Shown here: piece after piece, positions 7,590 to 16,900 of the stretch
Layout of the letters: every line of letters starts with the position of its first letter
How positions within the stretch are numbered: the stretch's first letter is position 1
Assembly (NCBI GenBank): GCA_020847535.1
Contig: JADLBU010000003.1
Location: 29,998-93,997 of the forward strand
DNA: 64,000 bases
Direction of reading: 5' to 3'
Origin: Phycisphaerales bacterium
GTDB taxonomy: Bacteria > Planctomycetota > Phycisphaerae > Phycisphaerales > UBA1924
The notes under the pieces: generated by a model
Told to the model about the DNA's origin: nothing
The model's database searches: none
The model's input: only the letters and a program-made list of their open reading frames with translations
Program-made: the position numbers and the translations under genes

Positions 7590-10500
7590 GTGCCGCAGCA
7601 GTATGACTGGCTCATCGTGACGGCGGCGAGCCGGGCTCAGGCGCAGGGGTACGAGGCTCAACTCGGCTCTCGGCGAGCGGCGGGGGTGCTGGATGCGTTC
7701 GGGCGGGTGCTGGTGGTGCCGGACCCGGGGGATCGACGGGTGGGATCGGGGGGATCGACGTTGGCAGCACTGACGGAAGTGGTTCGGCGACGGGCCAGGG
7801 AAGCGCAGCGCGGAAGTTCCGGCGCGATCGCGGATCTGCTCGCCGGACAGCGCATCCTGATCATCCACAGCGGCGGGGACAGCCGGAGGCTGCCGGCGTA
7901 CGCAGCACAGGGCAAGGTCTTCGCGCCGCTGCCGTGCGATACGGAGTGGGGCCGGCAGGCGGATCTGTTTGATCTGGTGTTGCAGGATTCGATGACCGTG
8001 CGGCTGCCGGATGTGGGCGGTGTCTTGATTACGGCTGGGGATGCCCTGCTCGGGCTGTCACGGCACCGGGATGCGATCTCGGCGGGGCTGCGCGGAGATG
8101 GGTTGGAGGGTCGGGCGGGGGGCGTGGGGGTGGGGGGATTCGTGGGGGTTGCGTTCCCGACCGATCCTCAGCGCGGGGCGCGGCATGGGGTGTACGTGCT
8201 GGATGAGGTGGGCCGGGTTGTCGATTTTCTTCAGAAGCCCTCGATCGAGCGGCAGCGCGAGATGGGAGCGCTGGATGCACAGGGGCGGACGCTCGTGGAT
8301 ACGGGAATCGTGTATGCCGACCCGCGCACGGCAGCGCAGTGGTTGGAGGGGGTTGGTTTAGAGCTGTCCCCACGCGGACCGGTGATGTCGGGGCTGCTCG
8401 CCGGGATCATCGGGGGCGGAGCGCTGGCGATCGATCTGTACCACCATGTGCTGGCAGCGCTGCCTTCGCGGACGGGGATCGCGGAGTACCTGGGGCAATT
8501 CATCGCCGGTGAAGATCATCGCCAGATGCTGCGGAATCTCTATTCCGTGCTGCACGGGATGCCGCTGCGGGCGGTGGTGATGCCGGATTGCGATTTCCTG
8601 CACATCGGTTCGACGCGGGAGATGATTGGGCTGGTGACCGCCGATGCTCGCGTGCGCAGGCCGAGGGTGGGAGTGGGGGGGGTGGGGGTCGGCGCGGGGC
8701 AGGTGTGCATCTACAACTCGCCGCGGATGCCGGGCGGCGCGGGCGAGGGGCCGGGCACAGGTGCAGGCACTCCACAGGCGAAACGCGTGAGGGGTGAAGC
8801 GGGGAAAGGCAGGAAGCTGCGGGCTGTTGTCGAGGCGTGCGATGTCACACGGCTTTCGCTGGGCGGAGAGAACATCGTGGTGGGTTTGCCGCGCGAGCTA
8901 GAGGGTCGCGTGCATCTGCCGTACGGATGGGGGCTGGCAGCGCTGCCGATCGGAAAGCAGGACTGGGCGTGCATCCTGTTCGGGGATGGGGATGACTGCA
9001 AGACACCCATCGATCGCGGAGGAACGCTGGGCAATCGGCCGCTCGCGGAGCTGCTGCATCGCGGGTGTGCGGACGGAGATGTGTGGGGTCGTCGGGGTGG
9101 GGGTGAGCGGTCGCTGTGGACAGCGCGGCTGTGGGGGATCGGATCAGCGAGCGAGGCGTTTGATGCGGTTGCGTGGTTAATGGATGAGAATCGTGAAGCG
9201 CCGGGGAGCTGGACGAGGATGCGGCGGATGTCGCTGGCGGATCTGCTGCTGGCGGTCAATCACGGGCGGTTGATCGAGCATCGGTCAGCGCTGCTGCGGA
9301 TCGATCGGCTGGCGCGGCTGGGTGAGCGGATCAAGGGGGATTCGTGGCTGCCGGCTTCCGAGATCGCGGCGGATTGCAGGACACCCGCGGAGCGGCGGGC
9401 GGCGATCCGCGTGGTCGCGGAAGCCATTGAACGTGCGGATCCGATCGGCAAGGCGCGGCTGCACACGCTTGCAGCGGAACTGGGGAGCGGAGCCGCGGCA
9501 TCGCGCGAGCGTGCGCGGGCGTTTTCGGCAGTCGCCGATGCCGTGAGGATGGATTTCAAGCTGCCAAGTGTGTCGCCGCGACTTGGCGTGTTGCCTGACC
9601 AAGTCGTGTGGGTGACGACGCCGGTGCGAATCGACCTGGCGGGCGGGTGGTCGGATACACCGCCGATCTGCCACGAGGTAGGTGGGAGCGTGGTGAATAT
9701 GGCGATCACCTTGAACGGGCAGTTCCCGGTGCAGGTGATCGCCCGGCGAGCCGAGGCGCCGGTGATCCGGCTGAGCAGCGTGGATCTGGGAAAGACGGTG
9801 TCGTTCTCGACTTCGAGGGCTGTGTGCGAGTACCGGGATCCGCACGATTGGGCCGCGTTGCCAAAGGCAGCGCTGGTGCTGTCGGGGATCGCGCCCTCGG
9901 ATGGCTCGGTGAGCCTGTCGCGCTGGCTCGAGCGGTTCGGGGGCGGGCTGGAGCTGACGGTCTTCTCAGCACTTCCGAAGGGATCGGGGCTGGGGACAAG
10001 TTCGGTGCTGGGGGCGGCGATCCTGGCGTGCCTGGATCGCGTGGTGGGCCGCGAGAAGATCGATCACGCCTCGATCATTCATCGCACGAGCCTATTGGAA
10101 CAGATGATGAGCACCGCGGGCGGTTGGCAGGACCAGGCCGGGGGGATCACACCCGGGATCAAGATCAACCGGACATCGGCGGGGAAGAACCAGATCCCCG
10201 CGATCACCCCGATCCCGCTGGTGCAGCGGATGGCCGATGAGCTTGGGGAGCGATCGCTGCTGTATTACACGGGGTATCGGCGGCTGGCGAGGGACATCCT
10301 GCAGAACGTGGTCAGCCGGTACCTGTCGCGTGATCGCGAGGCGGTGCGGACGATCCACGAGCTCAAAGCGCTCGCCGAGCGCATGCACGCGGCCCTGCTC
10401 GCCGCGGATGTCGCGGCCTTTGCGGCGTGCGTTCGTCAGAACTGGGAGTTCAAGAAACGGCTGGACCCCGGATCGACCAACGCGCGGATCGAGGGGATCC

Positions 10501-10697
10501 TGCGGCCGATCGAGAAGTTCCTGTCGGGGTACGAGATGCCGGGGGCGGGTGGCGGCGGGTTCCTGTACCTGATCGCCAAGGATGCGGCGGCGGCGAACCG
10601 CGTGCGGAGCGCGCTGGAAAGGCGGCGAACGAATCGGTTGGCGCGGTTCTTTGATGTCGAGGTGGATGGGCGGGGGCTGGCGGTGTCGGTGTTGTAG
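7590..10697 (+). CDS. fkp: Bifunctional L-fucokinase / fucose-1-phosphate guanylyltransferase (Fkp-like)
   Basis: ORF 7536..10697. GTG at 7590 is preferred because AGGAGG lies 7-12 nt upstream. N-terminal nucleotidyltransferase part YDWLIVTAAS..ILIIHSGGDSRRLPAY; C-terminal GHMP kinase with VFSALPKGSGLGTSSVLGAAILACL and GAGGGGFLYLI. Confidence 0.8.
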   Translation: MPQQYDWLIVTAASRAQAQGYEAQLGSRRAAGVLDAFGRVLVVPDPGDRRVGSGGSTLAALTEVVRRRAREAQRGSSGAIADLLAGQRILIIHSGGDSRRLPAYAAQGKVFAPLPCDTEWGRQADLFDLVLQDSMTVRLPDVGGVLITAGDALLGLSRHRDAISAGLRGDGLEGRAGGVGVGGFVGVAFPTDPQRGARHGVYVLDEVGRVVDFLQKPSIERQREMGALDAQGRTLVDTGIVYADPRTAAQWLEGVGLELSPRGPVMSGLLAGIIGGGALAIDLYHHVLAALPSRTGIAEYLGQFIAGEDHRQMLRNLYSVLHGMPLRAVVMPDCDFLHIGSTREMIGLVTADARVRRPRVGVGGVGVGAGQVCIYNSPRMPGGAGEGPGTGAGTPQAKRVRGEAGKGRKLRAVVEACDVTRLSLGGENIVVGLPRELEGRVHLPYGWGLAALPIGKQDWACILFGDGDDCKTPIDRGGTLGNRPLAELLHRGCADGDVWGRRGGGERSLWTARLWGIGSASEAFDAVAWLMDENREAPGSWTRMRRMSLADLLLAVNHGRLIEHRSALLRIDRLARLGERIKGDSWLPASEIAADCRTPAERRAAIRVVAEAIERADPIGKARLHTLAAELGSGAAASRERARAFSAVADAVRMDFKLPSVSPRLGVLPDQVVWVTTPVRIDLAGGWSDTPPICHEVGGSVVNMAITLNGQFPVQVIARRAEAPVIRLSSVDLGKTVSFSTSRAVCEYRDPHDWAALPKAALVLSGIAPSDGSVSLSRWLERFGGGLELTVFSALPKGSGLGTSSVLGAAILACLDRVVGREKIDHASIIHRTSLLEQMMSTAGGWQDQAGGITPGIKINRTSAGKNQIPAITPIPLVQRMADELGERSLLYYTGYRRLARDILQNVVSRYLSRDREAVRTIHELKALAERMHAALLAADVAAFAACVRQNWEFKKRLDPGSTNARIEGILRPIEKFLSGYEMPGAGGGGFLYLIAKDAAAANRVRSALERRRTNRLARFFDVEVDGRGLAVSVL

Positions 10698-10806
10698 AAA
10701 CCAACAGTCACCGCTGAGACATCGAAGTGAAGGTTGAGAAGTCCACGTATGGTGAGTCACAGTGCCGAGCGCCGTGGGTGCGGGCTGATTCATGCCGAGG
10801 GCTGGA

Positions 10807-10829
10807 TTTCAATACACTACGTTCATGAC
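10807..10829 (+). promoter_or_regulatory. Conserved start-region motif TTTCAATACACT-N-CGT-N-CATGAC, copy 1
   Basis: tttcaatacactacgttcatgac. TACACT (10813-18) lies exactly 6 nt before ATG 10825. Same geometry as copy 2. Confidence 0.6.
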
Positions 10830-12309
10830 ACCAGAGGCTGCCCCGAAGATCGCGGTCGGACCTGCCAGGCAGCGCATCGATGCGATTGATGCCTGCAGGG
10901 GGCTTGCGCTCCTGGGCATCTTCATGGTGAACATTGCGTTTTTCTCCGGGCCGATGGGGGAGGTGATCGTCGGGGAGCCGCCGGATGCAGCGCTGGGGAT
11001 TGGGGAACGGGCGGCGTGGTACATCACGGGGATCTTCTTCACGGGCAAGTTCTATCCGCTCTTCTCGATGCTCTTTGGCGCGGGGCTGATCCTGCAGATG
11101 GAGCGGGTGGAGAAGGCGGGGGGCCGGTTCGTGCCGCTGTACCTGCGGCGGCTCGGATTTCTGCTGGTGGTGGGCCTTCTGCACGCGACCTTGCTTTGGT
11201 ATGGCGACATCCTGTTCATCTACGGGATCGCGGGGCTGGCGCTGCTGCTGATGCGGCGGCTGGGGCCACGGACGATGCTGATTGTCGCGGCGGGGTTCTT
11301 CCTCTTCACGATGCTCTTGACGGCGGGGGCGACGGCGCTCTCGGCCGGGTCAAAGGAGGCGGATCAGCCGCCGGCAGCGGAGGTGTCCCAGGAGTCGTCA
11401 TTGGCGGGATCGGAGGCCGGAAATGGCGCCCAGCCGGGAGAGGAATCGGAGAGCAAGCCTGTATCGGCGCCCGCGGCCGAAACCGAGGCTGAAGCGGATC
11501 CCAAGACTGCCTCGGAGTCACCAACAGGCGCGGGTGGAAACGACACGGCGGATGACAAGGCCAAGCGGCCGCTCTTCCGCATGTTCGATGTGATGCAATC
11601 CGGGAATTTTGAAGGACCGATCGACAGGGCTTGGGTGGAGGCCGAGCGAGATGCCTATCGCAACGGCGGGTTTTGGGCGGCGATGCTCATGCGGGGGATG
11701 ACGTGGCTGGGGATGCTGGTGTTCTGCCTGTTCGGTTTCGGATGGCACGTGCCGATGATGTTCCTGATCGGGGCTGCGCTATTGAAGATGGGCTTCTTCA
11801 CGGCGGAGAAGATCCACTGGCACAAGAGGTTTGTGTGGCTCGGGGTGCTGGTGGGGCTGCCGATCGCGGTGTTCTCGGCATGCACATCGACGATTTTCGG
11901 ATCGGGGTTTGTGCGCGAGTTTGTCGCGGTGGGAGGAATGTACATCGGCGGGCCGCTGTTGGCGCTGGCGTACATAGGGGTGATCACGCTGCTGGTGCAT
12001 CGCGGGAGCCTGCGGCCTGTGACGGGAGCGCTGGCCCGGGTGGGGCGGATGGCGCTGACGAACTACCTGATGCAGACGGTGGCGGCGACGTTCATCTTCT
12101 ATTGGTGGGGGCTGGGGCTTTTCGGTGAGGTTTCGGGGGCGGCGTGCGTGGGGATCGTGGTGGGGATTTATCTCGTGCAGGTCGCCTTCAGCGCGGTGTG
12201 GATGAGGTTCTTCCTGTACGGGCCGATGGAGTGGCTGTGGCGGAGCGTGACGTATTTGAGGGTGCAGCCGTTGTTGCGGGGAACGGGGGATGGGAGGGCG
12301 GAGGCGTGA
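10825..12309 (+). CDS. DUF418 (YeiB-like) membrane protein, paralog 1
   Basis: RIDAIDACRGLALLGIFMVNIAFF.., LTNYLMQTVAATFIFYWWGLGLFG, GPMEWLWRSVTY. Start moved to ATG 10825 by homology with paralog 2, which has the identical upstream motif. About 100 aa of acidic low-complexity insert sit mid-protein. Confidence 0.8.
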   Translation: MTPEAAPKIAVGPARQRIDAIDACRGLALLGIFMVNIAFFSGPMGEVIVGEPPDAALGIGERAAWYITGIFFTGKFYPLFSMLFGAGLILQMERVEKAGGRFVPLYLRRLGFLLVVGLLHATLLWYGDILFIYGIAGLALLLMRRLGPRTMLIVAAGFFLFTMLLTAGATALSAGSKEADQPPAAEVSQESSLAGSEAGNGAQPGEESESKPVSAPAAETEAEADPKTASESPTGAGGNDTADDKAKRPLFRMFDVMQSGNFEGPIDRAWVEAERDAYRNGGFWAAMLMRGMTWLGMLVFCLFGFGWHVPMMFLIGAALLKMGFFTAEKIHWHKRFVWLGVLVGLPIAVFSACTSTIFGSGFVREFVAVGGMYIGGPLLALAYIGVITLLVHRGSLRPVTGALARVGRMALTNYLMQTVAATFIFYWWGLGLFGEVSGAACVGIVVGIYLVQVAFSAVWMRFFLYGPMEWLWRSVTYLRVQPLLRGTGDGRAEA

Positions 12310-12345
12310 GAGGGTGAAAGGGTGAGTGGGTGTGGGGGTGAGGCG
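12306..12345 (+). repeat. 5 x 8-nt array GTGAGAGG GTGAAAGG GTGAGTGG GTGTGGGG GTGAGGCG at the DUF418-1 stop
   Basis: Read directly; the TGA at 12307-09 lies inside the first unit. Also a G3+ x4 quadruplex motif. Confidence 0.85.
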
Positions 12346-12359
12346 CGCGTGGTGGGGGT

Positions 12360-12382
12360 TTTCAATACACTGCGTGCATGAC
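12360..12382 (+). promoter_or_regulatory. Conserved start-region motif TTTCAATACACT-N-CGT-N-CATGAC, copy 2
   Basis: tttcaatacactgcgtgcatgac. TACACT (12366-71) lies 6 nt before ATG 12378. An in-frame stop at 12339-41 excludes any upstream start. Confidence 0.6.
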
Positions 12383-13898
12383 TGATCCTGATACTCGGGC
12401 GGAGTTGGTGGGGGGAGTGGGGCCGGTGAGCCAGCGGGTGCACGCGATCGATGCGTGCCGGGGGCTGGCGCTGCTCGGGATCTTCATGGTGAACATGGAT
12501 TTCTTCTCCCGGCCGTTCGGGGAGATGATCACAGGGGCCCCGCCGGAGGGCTCATCGAGCCTTGACACGGGGCTCGCCTTCGTCATCAAGACGATCTTCA
12601 CGGGCAAGTTCGTGGCGCAGTTCTCGATGCTGTTCGGGGCGGGGCTGATCCTGCAGATGCTGCGGGTGGAATCGCGGGGGAAGTCGTTCGTGCCGTTGTA
12701 CCTGCGGAGGCTTGCGTTCCTGGGGGTGATCGGCCTCATTCACGGTGTGTTCATCTGGATCGGTGACATCCTGATGATGTACACGCTCGCGGGGATCGCC
12801 ATGCTTCTGCTGCGCAAGTGCAAACCGAGGACGCTGCTGAAGGTGGCGGCGGGGATCTTCCTGTTCACATGCCTGCTCCAGACCGGAGCGCTGGCGTTGC
12901 AGTCGATGATGACTCGTGGACCACAGGGGGCCACTGAGAAAGAGCCAGCGCAGACATCTGCGCCGGCGGGTGAAAGTGGGCGGGATGCGAGTGAGGGGGG
13001 TGATGGGGGCGAGGCCGGTGATGAGGGGAAGGAGAGCCCGCAGGCCGAGCCTGATGAGCCGGGCGATGGCAAGGCGTCCGACGACGCATCGGCCGCGGGG
13101 ACAGCGGCGACGGAACTGCCGGTCAGCGAGCAGACGCTGGGCAAGACTCCGGTGGAGCGCCTGATCGCCGGGCTGAGCGAGGGCAAGATCCAGGATCCAT
13201 CATCCGCGGAGTGGAAGCAGATCGAGACTGATGTGTACCGCAACGGCGGGTTCTGGTCGGCGGTGGCGCTGCGGCTGATCACCTGGGCGGCGGTGCTGCT
13301 GCCGGCGTACCTGCTGTTCGGTTATCTGCTGATGTTCATGTCGTTCTTCTTCCTGGGGGCAGCGCTGCTCAAGCTCGACTTCTTCTCGCAGGCGCGGACA
13401 TCGTGGCATAAGAGGCTTGTGTTCGCCGGGCTCGCGGTGGGGCTGCCCATGTCGATCGCATCGGCGATCGCGATGCCGGACAAGCCGACGTTTGATGGGC
13501 CATCGGTGGCGGCGGTGCTGGGGTTCAGCGTGTCGGCGATCCTGATGGCGGTGATGTACATGTCGGGGATCGCCCTCTTGACGCATTCGGGGCGTTGCGG
13601 CGTGCTGGTGAAGTGGCTGGCGACCACGGGGCGAATGCCGCTGACGAACTACCTGATGCAGTCGGTGTTCGCGACGTTCATCTTTTACTGGTGGGGGCTG
13701 GGGATGTTCGGGATGTCATCGCAGACGATGAACGTGGCGATCGTGCTGGGGGTGTATATGTGCCAGATCGTGATCAGCAACCTGTGGCTGTCGCGGTTCC
13801 GGTTCGGGCCGACGGAGTGGTTGTGGCGGACGGTAACGTATATGAAGGTGCAGCCGATGCTGGTATCGTCTGCTCGGCACGATGTCGCCGGCAGTTAG
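12378..13898 (+). CDS. DUF418 (YeiB-like) membrane protein, paralog 2
   Basis: 506 aa. RVHAIDACRGLALLGIFMVNMDFF, LTNYLMQSVFATFIFYWWGLGMFG, GPTEWLWRTVTY. Collinear with paralog 1, including the position of the acidic insert. Confidence 0.8.
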   Translation: MTDPDTRAELVGGVGPVSQRVHAIDACRGLALLGIFMVNMDFFSRPFGEMITGAPPEGSSSLDTGLAFVIKTIFTGKFVAQFSMLFGAGLILQMLRVESRGKSFVPLYLRRLAFLGVIGLIHGVFIWIGDILMMYTLAGIAMLLLRKCKPRTLLKVAAGIFLFTCLLQTGALALQSMMTRGPQGATEKEPAQTSAPAGESGRDASEGGDGGEAGDEGKESPQAEPDEPGDGKASDDASAAGTAATELPVSEQTLGKTPVERLIAGLSEGKIQDPSSAEWKQIETDVYRNGGFWSAVALRLITWAAVLLPAYLLFGYLLMFMSFFFLGAALLKLDFFSQARTSWHKRLVFAGLAVGLPMSIASAIAMPDKPTFDGPSVAAVLGFSVSAILMAVMYMSGIALLTHSGRCGVLVKWLATTGRMPLTNYLMQSVFATFIFYWWGLGMFGMSSQTMNVAIVLGVYMCQIVISNLWLSRFRFGPTEWLWRTVTYMKVQPMLVSSARHDVAGS

Positions 13899-13910
13899 AA
13901 CTATGTAAGG

Positions 13911-16900
13911 GTGCTTCGCGACTTCTCACCGCTCTTGGCGGACCGGGCCGATAGTTGCCGAGCTATGGGTAAGTCCGTGAAGTCATCTGCTGCCTCCAAG
14001 CCCGCCTCGGCGGGTGTGTTGGTGTTCCGTCGGATGGTCGTTTTGATCGTCCTGGCGATCTGGACGTTCGTGATCGCGAGCCTGATCGGGTTTGACCCGG
14101 CGGATCCGCCGAGCCACCTGGTGTGGCCTCCCAACGAGCCGGTCGCCAACTGGTGCGGGCCGGTGGGAGCGCACATCGCCTATGGGCTGTACAAGCTCTT
14201 GGGCCTTGGTGTGTGGGTGCTGATGCTGGTGGGGGCGATCGGGATCCTGTCGGCGGCGGCGGGCCAGCGGGTATCGCACTGGGTGGTGCGGGCGTTGGGG
14301 CTGTTGATGCTGACGGCGGCGGCGAGCGGATTCCAGAGGATCGTGATGCCCAACTCGGGTCCGTTTGCGAACCTGCCTGGCGGGCTGGTGGGGGTTGCGG
14401 GTGCGCAGCGGTTGATCGATTCGCTGGGGCCGGTGGGGACGATTCTGTCGCTGGCGATCATGGGTGTGATCGGGGCGATCGTGGCGATGGATGAGTGGGT
14501 GACGGCGCTGGTGGGCTGGATGTGGCGCCGGGGTGCGCCGGCAGCGCTTGCGGCGGGGAAGACGGCGGGGGCAGCGGCGGGGTCGATGGCATTCGAGGCG
14601 AGCAAGTCGACGGCGAAGGCATCGGGGGGTGCGTTGTCGACGTTGTGGAAGCGGCTGTTCCCCGGGCGAGCGGTGACGCGGCTGAACGATCTGGATGATG
14701 ATGCGATGCTGCGGTCGGGGTTGGTTGGCGCGGGGAGAGGTGTGGGGGGTGGGGGTCGGGATTCGGGCCGGCGCCGGCGGAGCGCCAAGCTTGCGGCGGT
14801 TGCCGCGCAGGAAGAGGAGCTGTCGGCGGAAACGGTGGGTGTGACCGATCCGGATGAGGAGGCTGCGCGGATCGTGGAGGAGAAGCCGACGAAGAGGAAG
14901 AAGAAGGAAGAGTTGAACGCGGAGGTCGCAGAGGGCGCGGAGGGACGCGGAGAAGAATCGGAAGAAGAGGGGGATGAGGCGGCCGAGGTTATCGTCGAGA
15001 AGAAGCCGTTGAAGGGGAAGAACCGGCCGACGAAGTATCCGACGCTCGCGGATGCCGCGCGGATGGATGATGAGGGAGTCGAGGGGGCGACGGAAGCGGA
15101 TGACGACGACAAGGATCTTCCCGGGCCGGCGCAGGTGTACACGGAGGCGGAGCTGCGGGCCAAGATCGACAAGCTGCCGGTCTTCTTCAACCAGAACAAC
15201 AAGCAGGTGGCGACCGATGCAGACCTGGCGGGGATGCAGGCGGCATCGAGCCTGGATGACACCACGTACACGGGCGGGAAGCCGTACCAGTTCCCGGGGC
15301 TGGACATCCTGGAGCAGCCGGAGGAGAACTACAACTCCAAGCTCGAGAGCTACGTGCGCGAGCAGGCGGTGGCGCTCGAATCGGCGATGAAGCAGTACGG
15401 GATCGACGGCGAGGTGGTGGGGATCGAGTCGGGGCCGGTGATCACGCTGTATGACGTGCGATTGGCGCCGGGGACGAAGGTCTCGGCGGTCTCGGCGGTG
15501 TCGAGCGACATCGCGCGGGCGCTCAAGGCGGTGAATATCCGCATCGTTTCCAACCAGGTGGGTCGCGACACCATCGGCGTCGAGGTTCCCAACGCGCAGA
15601 AGGAGAAGGTCAGGCTCAAGGAGCTGATGAGCAAGACCGAGTACTTCTCTTCGATGAAGCTGCCCATGTTCATGGGCAAGGATGCATCTGGGGAGCCCCT
15701 GATCGAAGACCTGGCGAAGATGCCGCACATGCTGATCGCCGGCACGACAGGCTCGGGCAAGAGCGTGTGCATGAACACCATCATCATGGGGTTCCTGTAC
15801 ACCAAGAAGCCCAGCGAGCTGAAGATGGTGCTGGTGGATCCCAAGATGGTGGAGATGTCGCAGTTCAAGGACATCCCGCACCTGATGTGCCCGGTGGTGA
15901 CGGAGATGGCCAAGGCGGCGGCGATCCTGGAGTGGGCGTGCGTCAAGATGGATGAGCGTTATGAGCTGCTCGCCGAGGCGGGCTGCCGCGACATCTCCAG
16001 CTACAACGACCTCACCTGGGAGGAGATCAAGGAGCGGTTCAACTGCAAGAGCGATGAGGAGGCAGCGCGGATCCCGCGGAAGCTGCCGTACATGGTATTC
16101 ATCATTGATGAGCTCGCGGACCTGATGATGACCGCCAAGGAGGTCGAGAGCCACATCATCCGGATCGCTCAGAAGGCGCGCGCGGTCGGCATGCACCTGA
16201 TCCTGGCGACCCAGCGGCCGCAGGCCAACGTGGTGACGGGCCTGATCAAGAGCAACATGCCCTGCCGGGTCGCGTTCCGGGTGGCATCGGGGATGGATTC
16301 GCGGATCGTGCTGGATCAGAAGGGTGGGGAGCTGCTGCTGGGCCACGGCGACATGCTGTTCCTCAACCCGCGGACCAACAAGCTGGCGCGGGCGCAGGGG
16401 ACGCTCGTGGATGACCACGAGATTCGCCGCGTGGTGCGGTTCATGCGCGATGTGGCAGCGCCGAGCTTTGAGCGGTCGCTGATGAGCCTGCGCAGGGCCG
16501 AGCAGACCGATGAGGAACGGGCGATGCAGAGCGCCAACAACTCGTCGGCGAGCCTGGCGGCTGCGCAGGAGGATCCGCTCTTCCCCAAGGCGGTGGAGAT
16601 CGTGCTGGAGACCAAGCGCGGGAGCGTTTCGCTGCTTCAGCGAAGGCTGGCGATCGGGTACACGCGGTCATCGCGGCTGATCGACCTGATGGGGATCGCC
16701 GGGATCATCTCGGACCACAAGGGATCGGTGGCGCGTGATGTGCTCATCACGCAGAGCGAGTGGGATGCGATGAAGAAGCTCGCGGCGGAGCAAGGTGTGG
16801 ATATGTCGGGTGAGGTGCAGGGGGATCTGTTTGCCAGCGGTGGAGCGGTGGAGGGAGCGATCGCGGATCGGGCGGAGGAGCCGATGATTCCTTCGGGGCC

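Noticed and set aside
13983-16418. 811-aa ORF on the minus strand antisense to ftsK. Similar long antisense or alternate-frame ORFs: 43494..45074, 42411..43484, 51453..53252, 53367..54773, 55505..56389, 57143..58075, 5781..6851 and 46951..48099.
   Set aside because: The translations are dominated by Arg/Pro/His/Gly/Leu runs with no motifs. Each completely overlaps a gene with unmistakable family signatures on the other strand or frame. These are typical GC-rich shadow ORFs.
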